Source of the DNA: Azolla caroliniana
Taxonomy: Eukaryota; Plantae; Polypodiophyta
Assembly (NCBI GenBank): GCA_043228905.1
Contig: JBHGNT010000004.1
Span: forward strand, 4,712,001 to 4,776,000
DNA: 64,000 bases
Direction: 5' to 3'
Under the pieces are notes generated by a model. That model saw only the letters and a program-made list of their open reading frames with translations. It made no database searches and was not told where the DNA came from. This document shows positions 1-13,500 of this stretch, piece by piece (position 1 is the stretch's first letter; every line of letters starts with the position of its first letter). Both the position numbers and the translations under genes were made by a program.

Positions 1-928
1 AAAAAAGTTTGAATTGCACCTGATTTGCAGAGATCTAGCGTGCTATCTTCGTAGATAGAGTGTAATCCATTAAAATCATCCACGTAGAACTCGTCATGCA
101 TAATTCTTCCTACCGAAGACAAGAGCTGCTGAGAGCTAGGGATCCCCGTAAACTTTTCAATGGTTCTTTTGATTTGAGACACCGACGTGCGAGGACTAAT
201 TCCTTGTATAGGTAAGGTGCCATTCTTCATCTCCACGAAAATGCGGCCTCCCTGCTCAGGGAGCCTCTGAGGAAGAACCTGTTAAGCATAAGAAAACCCA
301 GAAATACGAATTCTGAGAAGGCGGATATGAACTCGAATAGCATCAATAGCGGACTATGTGGTAGGCTATTGGTCACGGTACACATTCCAATATTCTACGA
401 CTTACTGCAGCAGAATGAACTAACAGTAACGATAACACTAGGATAAAAATGGGATATAATTGTGAAGACACGAACTTTCTGCGAACCAATTACAGAGTGA
501 GTGAAGAAGAAAAGGGATACCTTGAGGTGGAGTTTGCAGCTATCGATTACATGTCGTTGATCCAGACGATCATCGTCTGTCAGATCGACATGCTGACCTT
601 TTTGTCTTGCGAAGAACGTGAAACTTTCTTCATCAACGTGCAATTCCGAGGTTTCTGCATCTGCGCTGCAACAATACCGTCCATATATGTCCTCAACGAC
701 CTCTTGTTCGCCGAGAACAGAAAAGAGAGGAGCAGAAATGCACTGCAAATCGTCGGGGACAGCAAGGTTTTCCCGTATGAACTTCTTGATGGAGGATTTG
801 ACAGAAGCGCTGGGGTCAAGGTTAGGGATGAGCAGGGTGTGGGTGTGGAGGTGGAGGGAGGAGGGAGGGGTGGTGTAAGCGGAGGCGGTGGGGAGGCGAT
901 CGACTTCAACAGATGCAGTAAACGCCAT
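1..928 (-). CDS. Protein with tandem ubiquitin-like domains (5' part; gene continues beyond left edge)
   Basis: Exon 1 is 928-521 (136 codons), followed by a GT..AG intron 520-279 (AAG|gtatcc ... ttaacag|GTT, phase 0). Exon 2 (278-1) is open: VLPQRLPEQGGRIFVEMKNGTLPIQGISPRTSVSQIKRTIEKFTGIPSSQQLLSSVGRIMHD...IYEDSTLDLCKSGAIQTF, a clear ubiquitin-fold pattern (IFV..TSV..IK..I...GIP..QQ.L...STL.L). Exon 1 also ends in a Ubl-like DDRL.....DSCKLHL. Upstream leader is (TTC)n-rich. Confidence 0.8.
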
Positions 929-967
929 TGGAGCAGAGAGCAGCTAGCAGAGAAAGTGTGTGTGGGG

Positions 968-1250
968 GAGAAGAAGAAGAAGAAGAAGAAGAAAGGCGAT
1001 GGCGATGGCGATGGCGATGATTATGGTGATGAAGACGATAGTGATGATCACGTGATGATGATCAATGAAGGCGAAAAGGAGGAGACGAAGAGTGAATTGA
1101 ATGAATCGAAGAAATGGTAAAGAAGAGGGAATGGAGAAACAGAAGAAGAAGAAGAAGAAGAAGAAGAAGAAGAGGAAGAAAGACAAGAAAGCAAGCAGAA
1201 ATCGTTTCTAGTAGTTTCTCTGCTACTCTGCAGTCTTCTTCTTCTTCTTT
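968..1250. repeat. (GAA)n/(GGCGAT)n/(CTT)n simple repeats in the leader of the Ubl gene
   Basis: Visible directly in the sequence; pyrimidine-rich on the minus (sense) strand, as is typical of plant 5' UTRs. Confidence 0.9.
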
Positions 1251-1364
1251 TCTTTAGGGTTGCTTTTTGCTTTTGCTTTTTTTTTCTCTGTGCTGCTTTT
1301 GCAACGGCTCCTGCCGACAGGATCTGGCGCCCAAAGTTTTAAATAAATAAAAAAATATAAAAAC

Positions 1365-1735
1365 TAATATATATATATATATATATGTATATACATATAT
1401 GTGTGTGTAACAGAATAAACAAAGCGTAGTTAATTAACTTTTTACCATTTCCATAATAGTATAATATAATTAATAATAGCATAAATTGATATAATTAAGT
1501 TGAAATGTAGGTGAGATATACTAAATCTACGTTTGCATGTATGTATACAGTATATGTATATGTATATGTATATATATATATATGTATATGTATATGTATA
1601 ATATGTTTGGTTGGATGAAATGCGGGCAATATTTATGTACATACATACATACATGTAAGTTGGTATTAGATAGACATATACATATGTATGTATGGATGGA
1701 TTAGATCCGTATACGTGTGTTTGTGTGTGTGTATT
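1365..1735. repeat. (TA)n/(TATATG)n/(TG)n microsatellite cluster
   Basis: Visible directly in the sequence. Confidence 0.9.
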
Positions 1736-4479
1736 TTTATTTTATTTTGGTGCCGTTTTGTTTTTTGTGTTCGTTCGTTCCATTATTATAAGTTATAACT
1801 TATAAGCATGAATGTGGCCTTTACTAATAATTTGTGTGGGGTTTTTTTGTTTTGCTGGGGTCCCCACAATTAGTAAGTAAAACGCTAGCATTAAAGGATG
1901 TATTAAATGCTCTCGTTTATTAGCTTTAACCTCAACCTCAACTAACACCCCCCCCTACACCCACACCCACACCCACACCAAATGGTTTATCATTCCTTTT
2001 CTGGTTGTTGAATTGAACTGAGCCATACCTCCATATATACATACTCTATTATTCCCTATTTCATGCTCTTCCCTAACTTGGGAAGAAATAAAAGTTCATC
2101 GTCCATCATGCACGGAACATCCCCCGACCTCGACCACGAAACTAATGACACGGTTCAAGAGATTCCAGAGGACCATTCATATACATTTTGTGTCTTTTGT
2201 ACATGTGATGATTGCAAGGCCTCCTCACTCATGTTTCTAAACGTTACTGTGTGTGTGTGTGTACATGTGGCTAACTTGTCAATCTTGTAGTTTCGAGTCT
2301 TCGACAACTTCACCTTTGCTTCTCATGCATATGGTATGTTTTACTTCTCAAACTTCATTTTGATGACATTTTGCTTCCAATGTACATTCCCCAACTTTGC
2401 TAGCAATATTGAAAAAACATAGGACATGAGTTTTCGACCAACCATATCAAGTTCTCTTCTCCATAACCAAGAGAGCAAACAACCATCTTGTGATGCTACA
2501 ATCTATAAAAACTATTTACCCATGACGACACAAATGTCATAACGATCAATGGTATGCCATCTACCTTCATATCCACACGATATATTCACAAAAGATGCAA
2601 TATTTTATCATCCATCTAGAGATGTAGAATATTTCAAATGATTCTCTTTCAAACAATGGAGCCTTTGGAGTTTGCTATTTTGTAGATTTTTTAAAAACTT
2701 CTACACCCAACTCCGAATGGATAATTCGTTGCTGCAGTAATTTTTTTAATCCTCCCACTAAAACTCATCTACTAATAGTGAAAAAGTATGATCTTGTTAG
2801 CATCTAGTAAAAACTTAAGCAAACCCCATTTTAGAACAATAAATGTGATAACCATTTCTTAGAAGGTCCATTTTCAGTTCAAAGTTTGTCATGGGACACA
2901 ATAAGCTATGTGACAAAAAAGCTTGTCTAGATTGTCATTACCAACAACCTTAGGCTTATGTTGGATATAAACAAGCATCAACCATCTCACATGAATGAAC
3001 AATGAAATATATTGTGCATAGAAGGAAGCTGGATGAGTCGATCATTGGATCAACGACCTCTTTATTTGTGCTTTTGAAATGTGAGAAGGATTGAAAGTGT
3101 GCTCTTCACAATTGGGAACAATCAAAGATGAGTGTATCGATGGATATGAAACAATTTGCATCAATATTTGTGGAGGTGGGATAAAGTGTCTAAAGGATGT
3201 GTTGAGAATCAAGCTCCAACCATACGTATGACACACTCTTGTGTGCAAACACACCATATGTGAGCTCCATTCAATATAATGAGTTGATCTATACAATTAG
3301 ACTTAGTATTGAATGCAAATTCTCTACAAAAAGTACATATGTGTTGGGGTACTCTTTAGGAGTTGACTCTAAAATATATGTGTAAGAGAATGTGGAAGTT
3401 CATAAATATGGTAAGAATTAGTGTACGAAGTAGATGGATGCACCACAATTTGTAAGACGCCATATAAAGGTCCTCTTTTGTAATGTAAATTTGTTCAACA
3501 TAATAGAAAAACGTTATTACTATACATATTTATCTATGTATGCTCCACTCCCATTGTGGTTTCTATATTTTTATGTGATAATGGTGTGTTAAACTTAATT
3601 TGTTCATAACTTATTATTGTAATGTTAATCCTCTTCTCTTATTTTGGAATAAAAAATACCTCTTTTCTTTTTCTTTTTTTCCAAAAAAAACTCCTCCCAT
3701 TAGTCATAAAATTTTACATATGAGATTAATATTTACAAATCCCTGTAGGGACGCAATAGGTCCATCTTATGTGGATGCCCATTGACTCAATAAAGGGGGA
3801 GGTCGACCATTCTTGGATGAAGGCTAGTCGTTGTCTTTCAACTCCATCTCTTGCATTAACACTATTGGTTGCGCGGTTTGGTTGGAGAAGATTCGTCTAC
3901 ACCGTTGTTTCCATAGAGTCCAAAGAGTTATTGGGGTTGACCAATTCCAACACAACTTGAGATTTGGCATTGATAGGAGTTGAGTGTACAATGTCGATGG
4001 TGCTTTTATCAACAAAACCATCCCCTCCTCCTGATGCTCGTATCTGTCAATTGGGGCCTGCCATGATAACCAACATATATTTCCCCACTTAATTAAGCCT
4101 TGCACTTGGCATAATTGCAATAAGCGGCCAACCCCTTGCCATATTCGATGGGACTCTAGGCTGTCCCACAAAGCATGTCGGATTGATTCTATTGCATTTG
4201 GGCACGCTACACAATTAGGAGAACTAAGGTTCCCACGCTGCCATGCACCAACCGGTAGTGACCTATGTATTAATAGCCATTGGAAGGTAGTGATTCACCG
4301 TGTGTGTTGTTGTTTCTAGATTTTTTTCCAAAACTTGGTGAATACCTCTTTTCTTACTCTCTCACAAGTTTGCTATACATACATATTTATATTTTCACCT
4401 CGTCTCAGGCTATCTCAAATATATCTACACACACACAAACACAAATTGCTTTTGTTGCGTACTACACAAATAGTTATCT

Positions 4480-5870
4480 AACATGACGCAATATGAGTGA
4501 TCATCATATATGATTACACTAAGATGTATATGTGTACTTACTTTTAGACAACACTAAGACTCTTGGAAAGTTAGGTGTCTCCAAAAGGAGATTTTTTTTC
4601 AAGTTAGCCGGAGGAGTATGTCATGGAAAAGGATCATTAGGCAATTTGCAACTCCATGTACAATGTCAAATGGAGAGAATATGTAATGTTGGAATAAGAT
4701 CACTATAGAATTGACATGGGGCTCAAAGATGTGAAATTATATTTATTTTGGGCAAAGGTAGTAGATATTGCAATGTACATTTTCAATTAGAGTCACATGA
4801 AAGTTTTATAGCGAATGACTATGTGTCAAACATGCTCAAGGACAAGGAAGAAACTTTCAACCACACATCTATATCACTGTTTTCTTATATGTGCTCAACA
4901 AATGTAGGATCAAGTTGGACACCAAGAGTAGGATATGCATATTCATGAATAAATGCCAAACTCTAAGGCTTATAAACTTTATGATGCATCTAGATAAAAG
5001 GCGATATTCAATCAGGATGTAGATTTTGATGAAGGCTCACATACCTCCACGAAGATGTTAGAGATATTACAAAGATACAACACTCACAAATTAATAGTGG
5101 AAAAGGTGCAAGAGTTGAGGATCATAGAAGAAGATCAAGCTTAGAGCTTAGTGAGGCCTAACCAACTCTATCCAACAAAAGAAAGTATACCACGTCTTGA
5201 GTTGGATGATCTACTCAAGTACCAAATTCACAATTTGCGGATTAGGCAATATGTCATAGCAAGTCAAAGAGAATAAAGAAGCATGCATGGCATAAGCATG
5301 CAACGGACCTTACTGTGAATTAGCCCTTGCATGTGTTATCCTTGACAATTACAAGGAGCCAAACTCTATGGAAATGTCTACGAAGCTAGAACCATGATGG
5401 AAAGAAGCTCTAGAACTTGATCTTGAGAGTATAAATAATAACGAGATGTTGGATTTTCTCTAGATTGCCTAATTTACTGAAATGCCTTCAAAGCTAGATG
5501 GGTATAGAAGTGTAACTACGGGGTTGATGAATTGATGGAAAACCACAATGCGAGGCTTATAGGAAACAAATATATGTAGGAAAAAGGAATGGGTTTTCGA
5601 ATGGTTTGATTTGATTGCGAAGCTTAAAACTATGTGAGCCACCAAAGCAATGTGTTCGTTGTGTCGAACTAGCCAACATATCACATCCATGTTCCTGAAT
5701 GGCTATCTCAAGGAGGATGTATTCATGCAAGCAATCATTGGTTTTCAGTTTCCTAATTTAGGAAATCACGACATTGGGTTGAAAAATGATTAATATGCCC
5801 ACTTAAATAAAGCATTAGGGCTAGAAGTGTATCAAGGCAATACAAAAGGTCCAAAATATTTTCCTTCATA
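4480..5870 (+). mobile_element. Heavily degraded Ty1/Copia pol remnant
   Basis: Broken motifs in order: GYKLYD..SR/QDVDFDE-like (~4965-5035), WKEALELDLESI.NN..W-like (~5398-5455) and FLNGYLKEDVFMQ (~5690-5730). No LTRs recognised, so boundaries are approximate. Confidence 0.55.
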
Positions 5871-6566
5871 AGCAATAAGCATCCCATTGTTTCACTTTCT
5901 TCAATGGAAGAAAGTAATTTGTAGTGCATGCATTGTACACTTGCTAGTTGTAATGCATGCATTGTAATTTGTAATATATAAGAAAGATAATACAAGTAGG
6001 TCAACACCAATAATGGGTTGTAGCTTGTTGATTCATTGTTTTCCCATCCATCTCTGTTGACCTCTATTTAACATCTGTATCATTGGTTAATCTCAAGTTG
6101 ATCAATAACAATCATGGTTTTGTTAGTTCATTGTCTTTCTATCTATCTTGTTAAACTTTGTTCTACCATTTGTATTGTATCATTGTTTTGCTTCACCACA
6201 TTCCTCTCATCTCTTGCATTAGTTTTGTGGATTGTAGAAAGTGCCTCCCTCTTTTGGCTTTGCTCATTTACATGTACTCCATTTTTGTGTAGGGATCCTC
6301 CCAATAAAAATCACTTGACATGAGCCCCCCAACCATTTTCTCATTCTCTCTCACCCACATGTTGGCTTATCCTCTTGCTTGACATGCAACTCATCTCCTT
6401 GTGTCCTCTTATCTATTCTCCCTATCGTTCCCTCACTCATAAGCTAATCCATCATTTCATCTTCCCATTCACATCTTTGCTAACCCTCTCGCTTGACGTT
6501 TTCTCTCATCCTCTTGCTTATCTACTTATTCACGTCTACACATTTGTGCATTTGTTTCTCGATTGT

Positions 6567-6902
6567 TTGAGACACTAGGTTCTATTGTTTAGGCTCCTTG
6601 TATCTTCCTTTGGTAACAATGTTCACATTTTCAAATTTTATTACTTAGCTTTGAGTACTGAGGTTATACTTTTGAACCGATCATCTTGACAATCATCTAG
6701 TGATTATCCCACCCTACTGTTCATGCCATGCCCACATCTACACATTTATGCATTGGTTTTCTTGAGACATTAGGTTCTACTGTTTAGGCTCCTTGTATCT
6801 TCCGTTGGTAACAATGTTCACATTTTCCAAATTTATTGCTTAGCATTGAGGACCGAGGTTATACTTTTGAATCAACCATCTTGACAATCATCAAGTGATT
6901 AT
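6567..6902. repeat. Tandem direct duplication (~140-bp core, period ~195 bp)
   Basis: ttgagacactaggttctattgtttaggctccttgtatc...gacaatcatctagtgattat occurs at ~6567-6707 and again, with scattered mismatches, at ~6762-6902. Confidence 0.9.
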
Positions 6903-8357
6903 GTACCTCTTTGGTCCATCACTAAGCTACAAGGGATCTCAATAAAGAAGATGTCAATTTGTGATTATTCTCTAAAAGGCGAATGTTACATTGAACAATT
7001 TAAATTACATTATGTTTCCTAATACAATAAAGTTATATTAGAATTTTTGTTTTAAATTTAGTAGTCTCAAGTGCATCAATTTTGTTTCAACTATATGTTA
7101 GAATTTTTGTCTTTATATTTCTAGTCTCAAGTGCCATGGTACGACAACAAGGCATTTATCAATTCATTGGATTGGAAGGGATCAAATGAGGAACATTACA
7201 TAACCACAAGGTGATGTGCTTTTGGTTTGAAGTAATACTAATTTATAAGTGAAGAGGTATTAGTGATGCAATTAGCACAACTAACAGTAACTTGAATTAC
7301 ATTTGTGTCTAGTTGGCTGAAAGAAAGAAACAAGGTCTCTCAACCATTTCGGTATGTTCTCTACTTGATTAATTTTGATTTCGTTATATAAGATTCAGTT
7401 TCGAAATTATTCACAACAAAAATAATGGGTTTGACAGCTGTAGAATATATGGTTTGTCTGTATCGGGAATGCCTTATTCTTCACTTTACTGTAAACAGGG
7501 CAGAAACTGCACGTGGTTAAATGCCAATACAGAACAATTTCCATGATACAATGTCAGTTTAGATTTTTCCACTGGCCATGCCAGCCTGTAAACCATTCCT
7601 ATGAGCCAACCTTGCCACGGCTAATTTTCCCTTTAGTTTTGGATAGTTCTTATGAACTTTGAAGCAATATGACATGCATGTAGATAATAAAAACTTATTA
7701 ACAAAAATTAACTCTCCTGAATTTAGACAAACTTTTCCGAGAAATTTTAAGTACAGCTGTTTTCAACAAAGTTGCTCGAACATTTCTCAAGAGGATATAG
7801 TCAACGGAAACTTCAATTGATCCTAAATCATTTATGTGTAAACAATATACAGATAATGATTTTTTACTGCAACATTTTCATATATATTCTCACAAACAAT
7901 TAGACCCACAATCAAAATTCTGCAGAAAGAATAGCTTGCAATTTTAACTGAATTGTAGGTGTACTTCTTGAATGCTTGCCTAATAAACCTACAATGAGCA
8001 AGGATTGTGAGCAAAATAAATGGCCCCAAGAATTTATCTGAAAATTAGAAATACTGTTTTCTTGGGTAAGATAAGACGACATTTTTGCCGTGTAAGCTGT
8101 AGGGTATCATAAAAGTATAATACAATCCATAGGACTGGTATTGATCACTATTTAAGTAAGCTAAGCAAAATATCTGGGAATAGTTTACGTTCTAAGTTAA
8201 AGACAGACTGCTACAATCACAGTTCGTATTCCCAAGCAAAACTCAGCATTTAAATTTCTAGATGAAGGTATTGACCAGCAAATATCAAACAGAGTTCCTC
8301 ATTTGAATTTGATTCCATCACAAGACTTTACAATCATCTTGTGCTTCTGATTTCAGC

Positions 8358-11300
8358 TCACCTTGGAGGCACATATTGAACATTGTTGTATTCACATATC
8401 CCCTGAAAGGATGTATAAAAATAATTAGATTGAACACGACATGAGAATAACTAAATCTACGTGATCCACTACATGAAAACTGAACCTGCATTTCTTCGGA
8501 AAGTAGTCCGGAGACAGCTAATGCATAACATCCAGGAACAAATCTACCTGTATATGTACACACAAGTATATCATAGTATATACTTTATTATTAATATATC
8601 TAGATATACAGCAGCCTACTCAGATATCTCAATTGGCTTGCATTAAATAAACTTACTTATTCTTAACCAGCGAGCTGCCCAGCTTCCTGCGGGCTCCATA
8701 GAAGAAATCAAGCTATCAAAGACAAGCATTGAAATTCATATCTCTAGAACTCGAAACCTATATAATAACACCAATGTCTTACTATTCATTAACATACACA
8801 AGATCTAAAATCTTGTATAACAATCTAACAGATTGCTAAGATTTTATTGTGGTATTCCATACAATGCCTTTACACACATATATAACATACAAGAACTCAA
8901 AATGTAAACAATAAAAAAAAGCCTATAAGAGTTATCAATTGTATGCATACATAGTATGTACATACTACATGCAATATTAAATACACAAGAACTTAACTTC
9001 TATAAAATAAACAAAGAGCTTATAAGATTTAATAGCATACCCAGAAAAGTTTGGTGTTGTGCACTCAAGCACTCGGTCATGATCATGTTCCATACTAAAG
9101 AATTGGCAGTTTTCACAGCCAACATCTTTGAACTGAAAACCACAAATGAAATCAAAACACATCCAAGATATTATAGTGTAAGCCTTCGGCTAACCCTAAA
9201 ATATACGAACAACCCTCAAAATAACCCTAAAATATACGAACAACCCTCAAAATAGGACTTTTAACATTGGAAAATGAAAGACCATCGATGTCACAAAACC
9301 TCACTCAAAAGTAAACGCAATAGAAAGGCCTTCTCAAATTGCTAAGTAGTGCAATTGATATTAGAAAACCAAAGAGCATCAAAATCACAAAACCCTATTC
9401 AAAATTAAATCCAATAGAATGGCCTCTGAAAATACCATTGGAGACACATATGGGCCTTCAAAGCATTTATATTTAGTGCGCAAAGTAAATAAAATCTAGT
9501 GCATACACCACTTGTATTAATAAGTGTTTTAACTTGAGAAAAGCGTATCGAAGTCACAATAGAAAACATTGAGCACCCAAGTTATAAAACCCTACTCAAA
9601 GTAGAAACAAAATAGAATGGCACAAAAGTTCCCTTCTAAATCACAATTGGATATACATAACTAGCCTCAGAAACATTCAAATTAACGTGTAAATTACATA
9701 AATTCAAGAGCATTGCTATGTTACACTATAAACACAAATGTAACTTTGTTCTCAATCAATTTTTTCAAAAAAAAATGAGATGTTTCTTGTTGCGGTTATA
9801 TTATCTGTGTGAGAAAGAAAGAGAGTTTATTAATGTTCTTAGAAGGCAAATATTACCTAGGAGACCAGAAAAAAATATTTTCAAACAGTACAGGTGGAAT
9901 TGAATAGTGAATCTCAATGTTCAAAAAATTTATTAACCGCAATTGAGACTACACACTGAGACTATGAGAGGAATGTATGTATGGAGTGGACTGGATTTAA
10001 AATGTGTGGAAAGCAAACTTAGAATGTGGCCCAACGCAAAGCATTGTATCAGAGTGTGACACTGAAATATTACCGAGGAAAGATAGGCATCGTCAACATG
10101 TCTTCTAACTTGTGTCCCAAGACATCATCTGGCATTGAAGGTGATGTGAGGTTTTTTTCTCGTTCTTGCCAAATGATTCTAAGAAGTTGATGTGAGTTTT
10201 TCTTCTTAATCTTAAGCATCGTCAACAACAATTTCCATGGTCATGATAGCAATGGGGAGTGATCCAATCAAATACGAGCATGTATGGTGTTTGTAGCTTG
10301 AGTTGAAGAAACTTCAGAAGGAAGTGCATTTGGACATTTTAAAACCCTTTCCAAGTGGACATAGGGGTATTACCACCCTATACTTCAACCCTGTAGAGAG
10401 AGAAACAATCTTTTTAATGACCACACGAGACCTATTGCAATCTATAGGATAGGGTCGAGTTCATGGTGAGGACTAAACTTGAGAGAGAGGTGTCGAGACA
10501 AAGACCTGCCATACATAGGCTACGATATTTGTGCCTGAAAATCAATTGCCCATAACGAGACTTGCACACAAATCATCATGCAATAAGTATAGATGAATGG
10601 ACGATATACATTATTATGCCAATTATAAGATTTTTGGAAGACCACTGGAAAGATATGAGAGAATACACAAATACAAAGTCTTGCTTGTGGCAGCCAGCTT
10701 CCTGTACAATCTCTGCTTTCTTGTTTGTCTTATTTGTGCTGTGCCATGCCACAAAAGGGGAGCAAGCTGTGAACAGCGCGGGAAGCAACCTAGTAGAATA
10801 GTTGGATTTCCACGCACTCACATAAAACCATTACTCAAGTAATTACTTAATATCAAGAGAATAGTTCCAATGGTAGAACAATGGTCCCCAAAACCGAAGG
10901 TATATTACACATTTTATCATAGTATGCAACTTTAAAATATTGTTTACCTTAACTTCCTTACCTTAAAAAAAGTTTTACCTTATAATAAATACTAAATACA
11001 AAAGTATGGTATTTACCATGCTTTGAGGGTGTTTAGCATACTCAAATGATTGAAACATACTACTCGGATGCAAATGCATGTATGGTTCATACTATGCTTT
11101 TTACCACTTCTTCTTCAGCACCATGCTTCGCACCTGTGTCTTTGCCAGTACTGCCATCCTACCTGACCTGAGAATTTAGCGTGTATGTCCGTACAATAGC
11201 TGAAGTGTTAGCAGCAACACCGTTAGCTATCTATATGGCCTTCCTAGCCTCTCGGAAGTAAGCCTTACCAACAGCATAGTATTGCTGGAAGCAGGATTGG

Positions 11301-13303
11301 TCATGTAGCTCTAAACACCATAATTGATAAATCTACCTATATTGTCTAACCATGCACTATTATTGCAATTTATGGTACAGGCCTGAGCCCATGGTGAACA
11401 ATAAACTTGAGAGGGAGAGAGAGGAGAGATTTCTTGAGGAAGACTTGCCATACATGGACTACAAGATTGGTGCCTGAAAATCAATTGCCCATAACAAGAC
11501 TTGCACACAAATTATTATGCAATCAAGGTAGATGAATGGATGATATACACCATTATGCCAATCCATAATTGATAAATCTACCTATAAAGTCTAACCATGC
11601 AACTACTTATTGTCAATTGCACAATATTGTTACTGATTTGGTAAATTTCATACTGTGCAATTATCAAGTTAAAACTTTCAATTCTAAATCTAAATAGTCA
11701 GGCCTTTTTGCAGGTTCTCGGAAAACTTCAATAGTTGCAAAATCAATTACTAGTGCATGGATTAGCATTTTCATAAAACGTGTCAACAATCACTATGAAG
11801 TTAAAAAAAGCCAAGTTCTCCTAAGGTTTAACAAGTCTCCATCTTTGGAGAGTCCATGATTCTTAGATAACATTACTTTGATATCTTTGCCTCAAGCATT
11901 GGTGCATTGGTAAGTACTTGTATAGTTTATTGAAGTATACTAAACAAGAGAGAATGCAAGTAATAAAAAAATCTAAGCCTATTAGAAGACAAAAGTAGTG
12001 TATGGGACAAAACATGTGCATGTGTTTATAGGTATCAAAAATAAAAAACATGACACAAAAGGCAAGGATAAACAGTGACACTATAACATCAGGGGCAACA
12101 AAGGAAGGGATCAATCAGGAGACATCATTCTCTATCTCTCTCTCTTAACTAATACACAACACAACTCACATTCATCGTCGTCACTATAAGCTCATTGGTT
12201 GCCTGTTGAAACCAAGTTTAAAGGCATGAACAAGAAGTTCCAACTTACTCATAAGATTTTGATGAAGAATAGAAAATGACCAGTTTCTTCAAGCTATGGC
12301 AAGAATAACATATAATCATCATCTGCCCGCTAATCTACTTTCTTTAAGTTTCTAGATATGATGCATTTCCCTCAATACATACACAAATATCTGTAACTTT
12401 TTTCAGTTCTTGACTTTCTCTTCATTGCTCTCATAGTGTTACGGGCTTAGTTTTAGAATTTCTAAATGAGGACTTGCAGAATGTAAAAGAAAAATGTGGA
12501 ATATACATAGATTTAAAAGATTTTAGTAGGAAATTTATATACTACTGTAGTTCGAGCATAAATAGATGGAGACTATCAGGAAATAACAGAAACGTATATG
12601 AACTCAGAAGAAAATTTACATATTTCTGTCAAATTTTATATTAACACTTCCAGCCAGCAAGTTCAAACATTCAACCAAACATCAAAATATATGTCTATCA
12701 AACGTTCTTTAAGGATGGATGTACGAACTACCACAAAAATAGCCAGTAGAGTCAAACGGATGAAAAACTGAGAATTTCGGCATAAGTGAAAGTCTTAATA
12801 AAACAAACTGTTTTGGAACAGCGGTACTAAGAACTAAAAAACACCATAAGTAATCGAACTAAAAACCACCATAAGTACTAAGAACTAAAAAACACCATAA
12901 GATGAGAAAAATAGAACGGACAACGAAGGAACAGCGGTACACAGAACTAAAAAACAGGATAAGAAGAGAAAAATAAAACGGACAGCGAAATTTGTTGTAA
13001 AGAGAAAGGCTTTAGTCAACAAAGCTGCCTTTGTCATTCTGTTTTAGATATCTACCAACCACAGGCACAAGAGAAAAAATAATAATCCAGAGCAGATAGA
13101 AACAGAGAAAAGGAAACGAGGATGTTGAGAACATAGACATAACTGAATCATAAAGGCTTGGAAAATCAGACGGTTTCTGTAGAAAGGAGAAATAGAAGTA
13201 AGCGAGGGAAAACCTGATCGTAAGTCTTGACAAGACGACAGCGAAGACAAGCTCTGAGCTCCCTTCCGAAACTCGTCGGAACCTGCGCAGATTCAGCAGC
13301 CAT
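8358..13303 (-). CDS. SPT4: Transcription elongation factor SPT4 (DSIF small subunit), 5 exons, 114 aa
   Basis: Exons 13303-13214, 9132-9041, 8712-8657, 8547-8486 and 8402-8358; all GT..AG with consistent phases (345 nt). Protein: MAAESAQVPTSFGRELRACLRCRLVKTYDQFKDVGCENCQFFSMEHDHDRVLECTTPNFSGLISSMEPAGSWAARWLRISRFVPGCYALAVSGLLSEEMQGICEYNNVQYVPPR*. Both CxxC zinc pairs and the SWAARW motif of plant SPT4 are present. Confidence 0.97.
10460..11600. repeat. Dispersed duplications inside SPT4 intron 1
   Basis: A ~160-bp block (catggtga...cttgagagagag...gtgcctgaaaatcaattgcccataac...tagatgaatgga...attatgccaa) occurs at ~10462-10622 and ~11390-11562. A ~38-bp block (ccataattgataaatctacctata..gtctaaccatgc) occurs at ~11318 and ~11563. 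Confidence 0.85.
10855..10901 (+). pseudogene. 5' half of a tRNA-Trp(CCA)-like sequence, probably organellar, in SPT4 intron 1
   Basis: aagagaatagttccaatggtagaacaatggtccccaaaaccgaaggt: D-arm gttc/gaac around caatggta, anticodon arm (t)ggt-ccccaaa-acc with CCA. Truncated before the T-arm. Confidence 0.6.
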
Positions 13304-13500
13304 GGCGCCTGGAGGCTGAAGCTAATATTGTAAATTATCGAAAACTTAAACCTGAAGCGCTGTATGTCCGCACTCCAGAGTCCACGACTCCACAACAAGT
13401 ATTGAGACACTGCATAGTATGAACCATACGTACCATACGCGAGGTCTCTCATTCGAGTATGGTAAATACCATACTTTTGTATTCATTATTTATAATTTTA

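Noticed and set aside
449-1120. 223-aa plus-strand ORF with poly-K/GD tail
   Set aside because: It is the antisense shadow of the Ubl exon plus translated microsatellites; splice signals and domain motifs support the minus strand.
3745-4270. 115-aa minus ORF in a higher-GC island
   Set aside because: No recognisable motif and stops in neighbouring frames; probably an old TE or gene fragment that I cannot assign.
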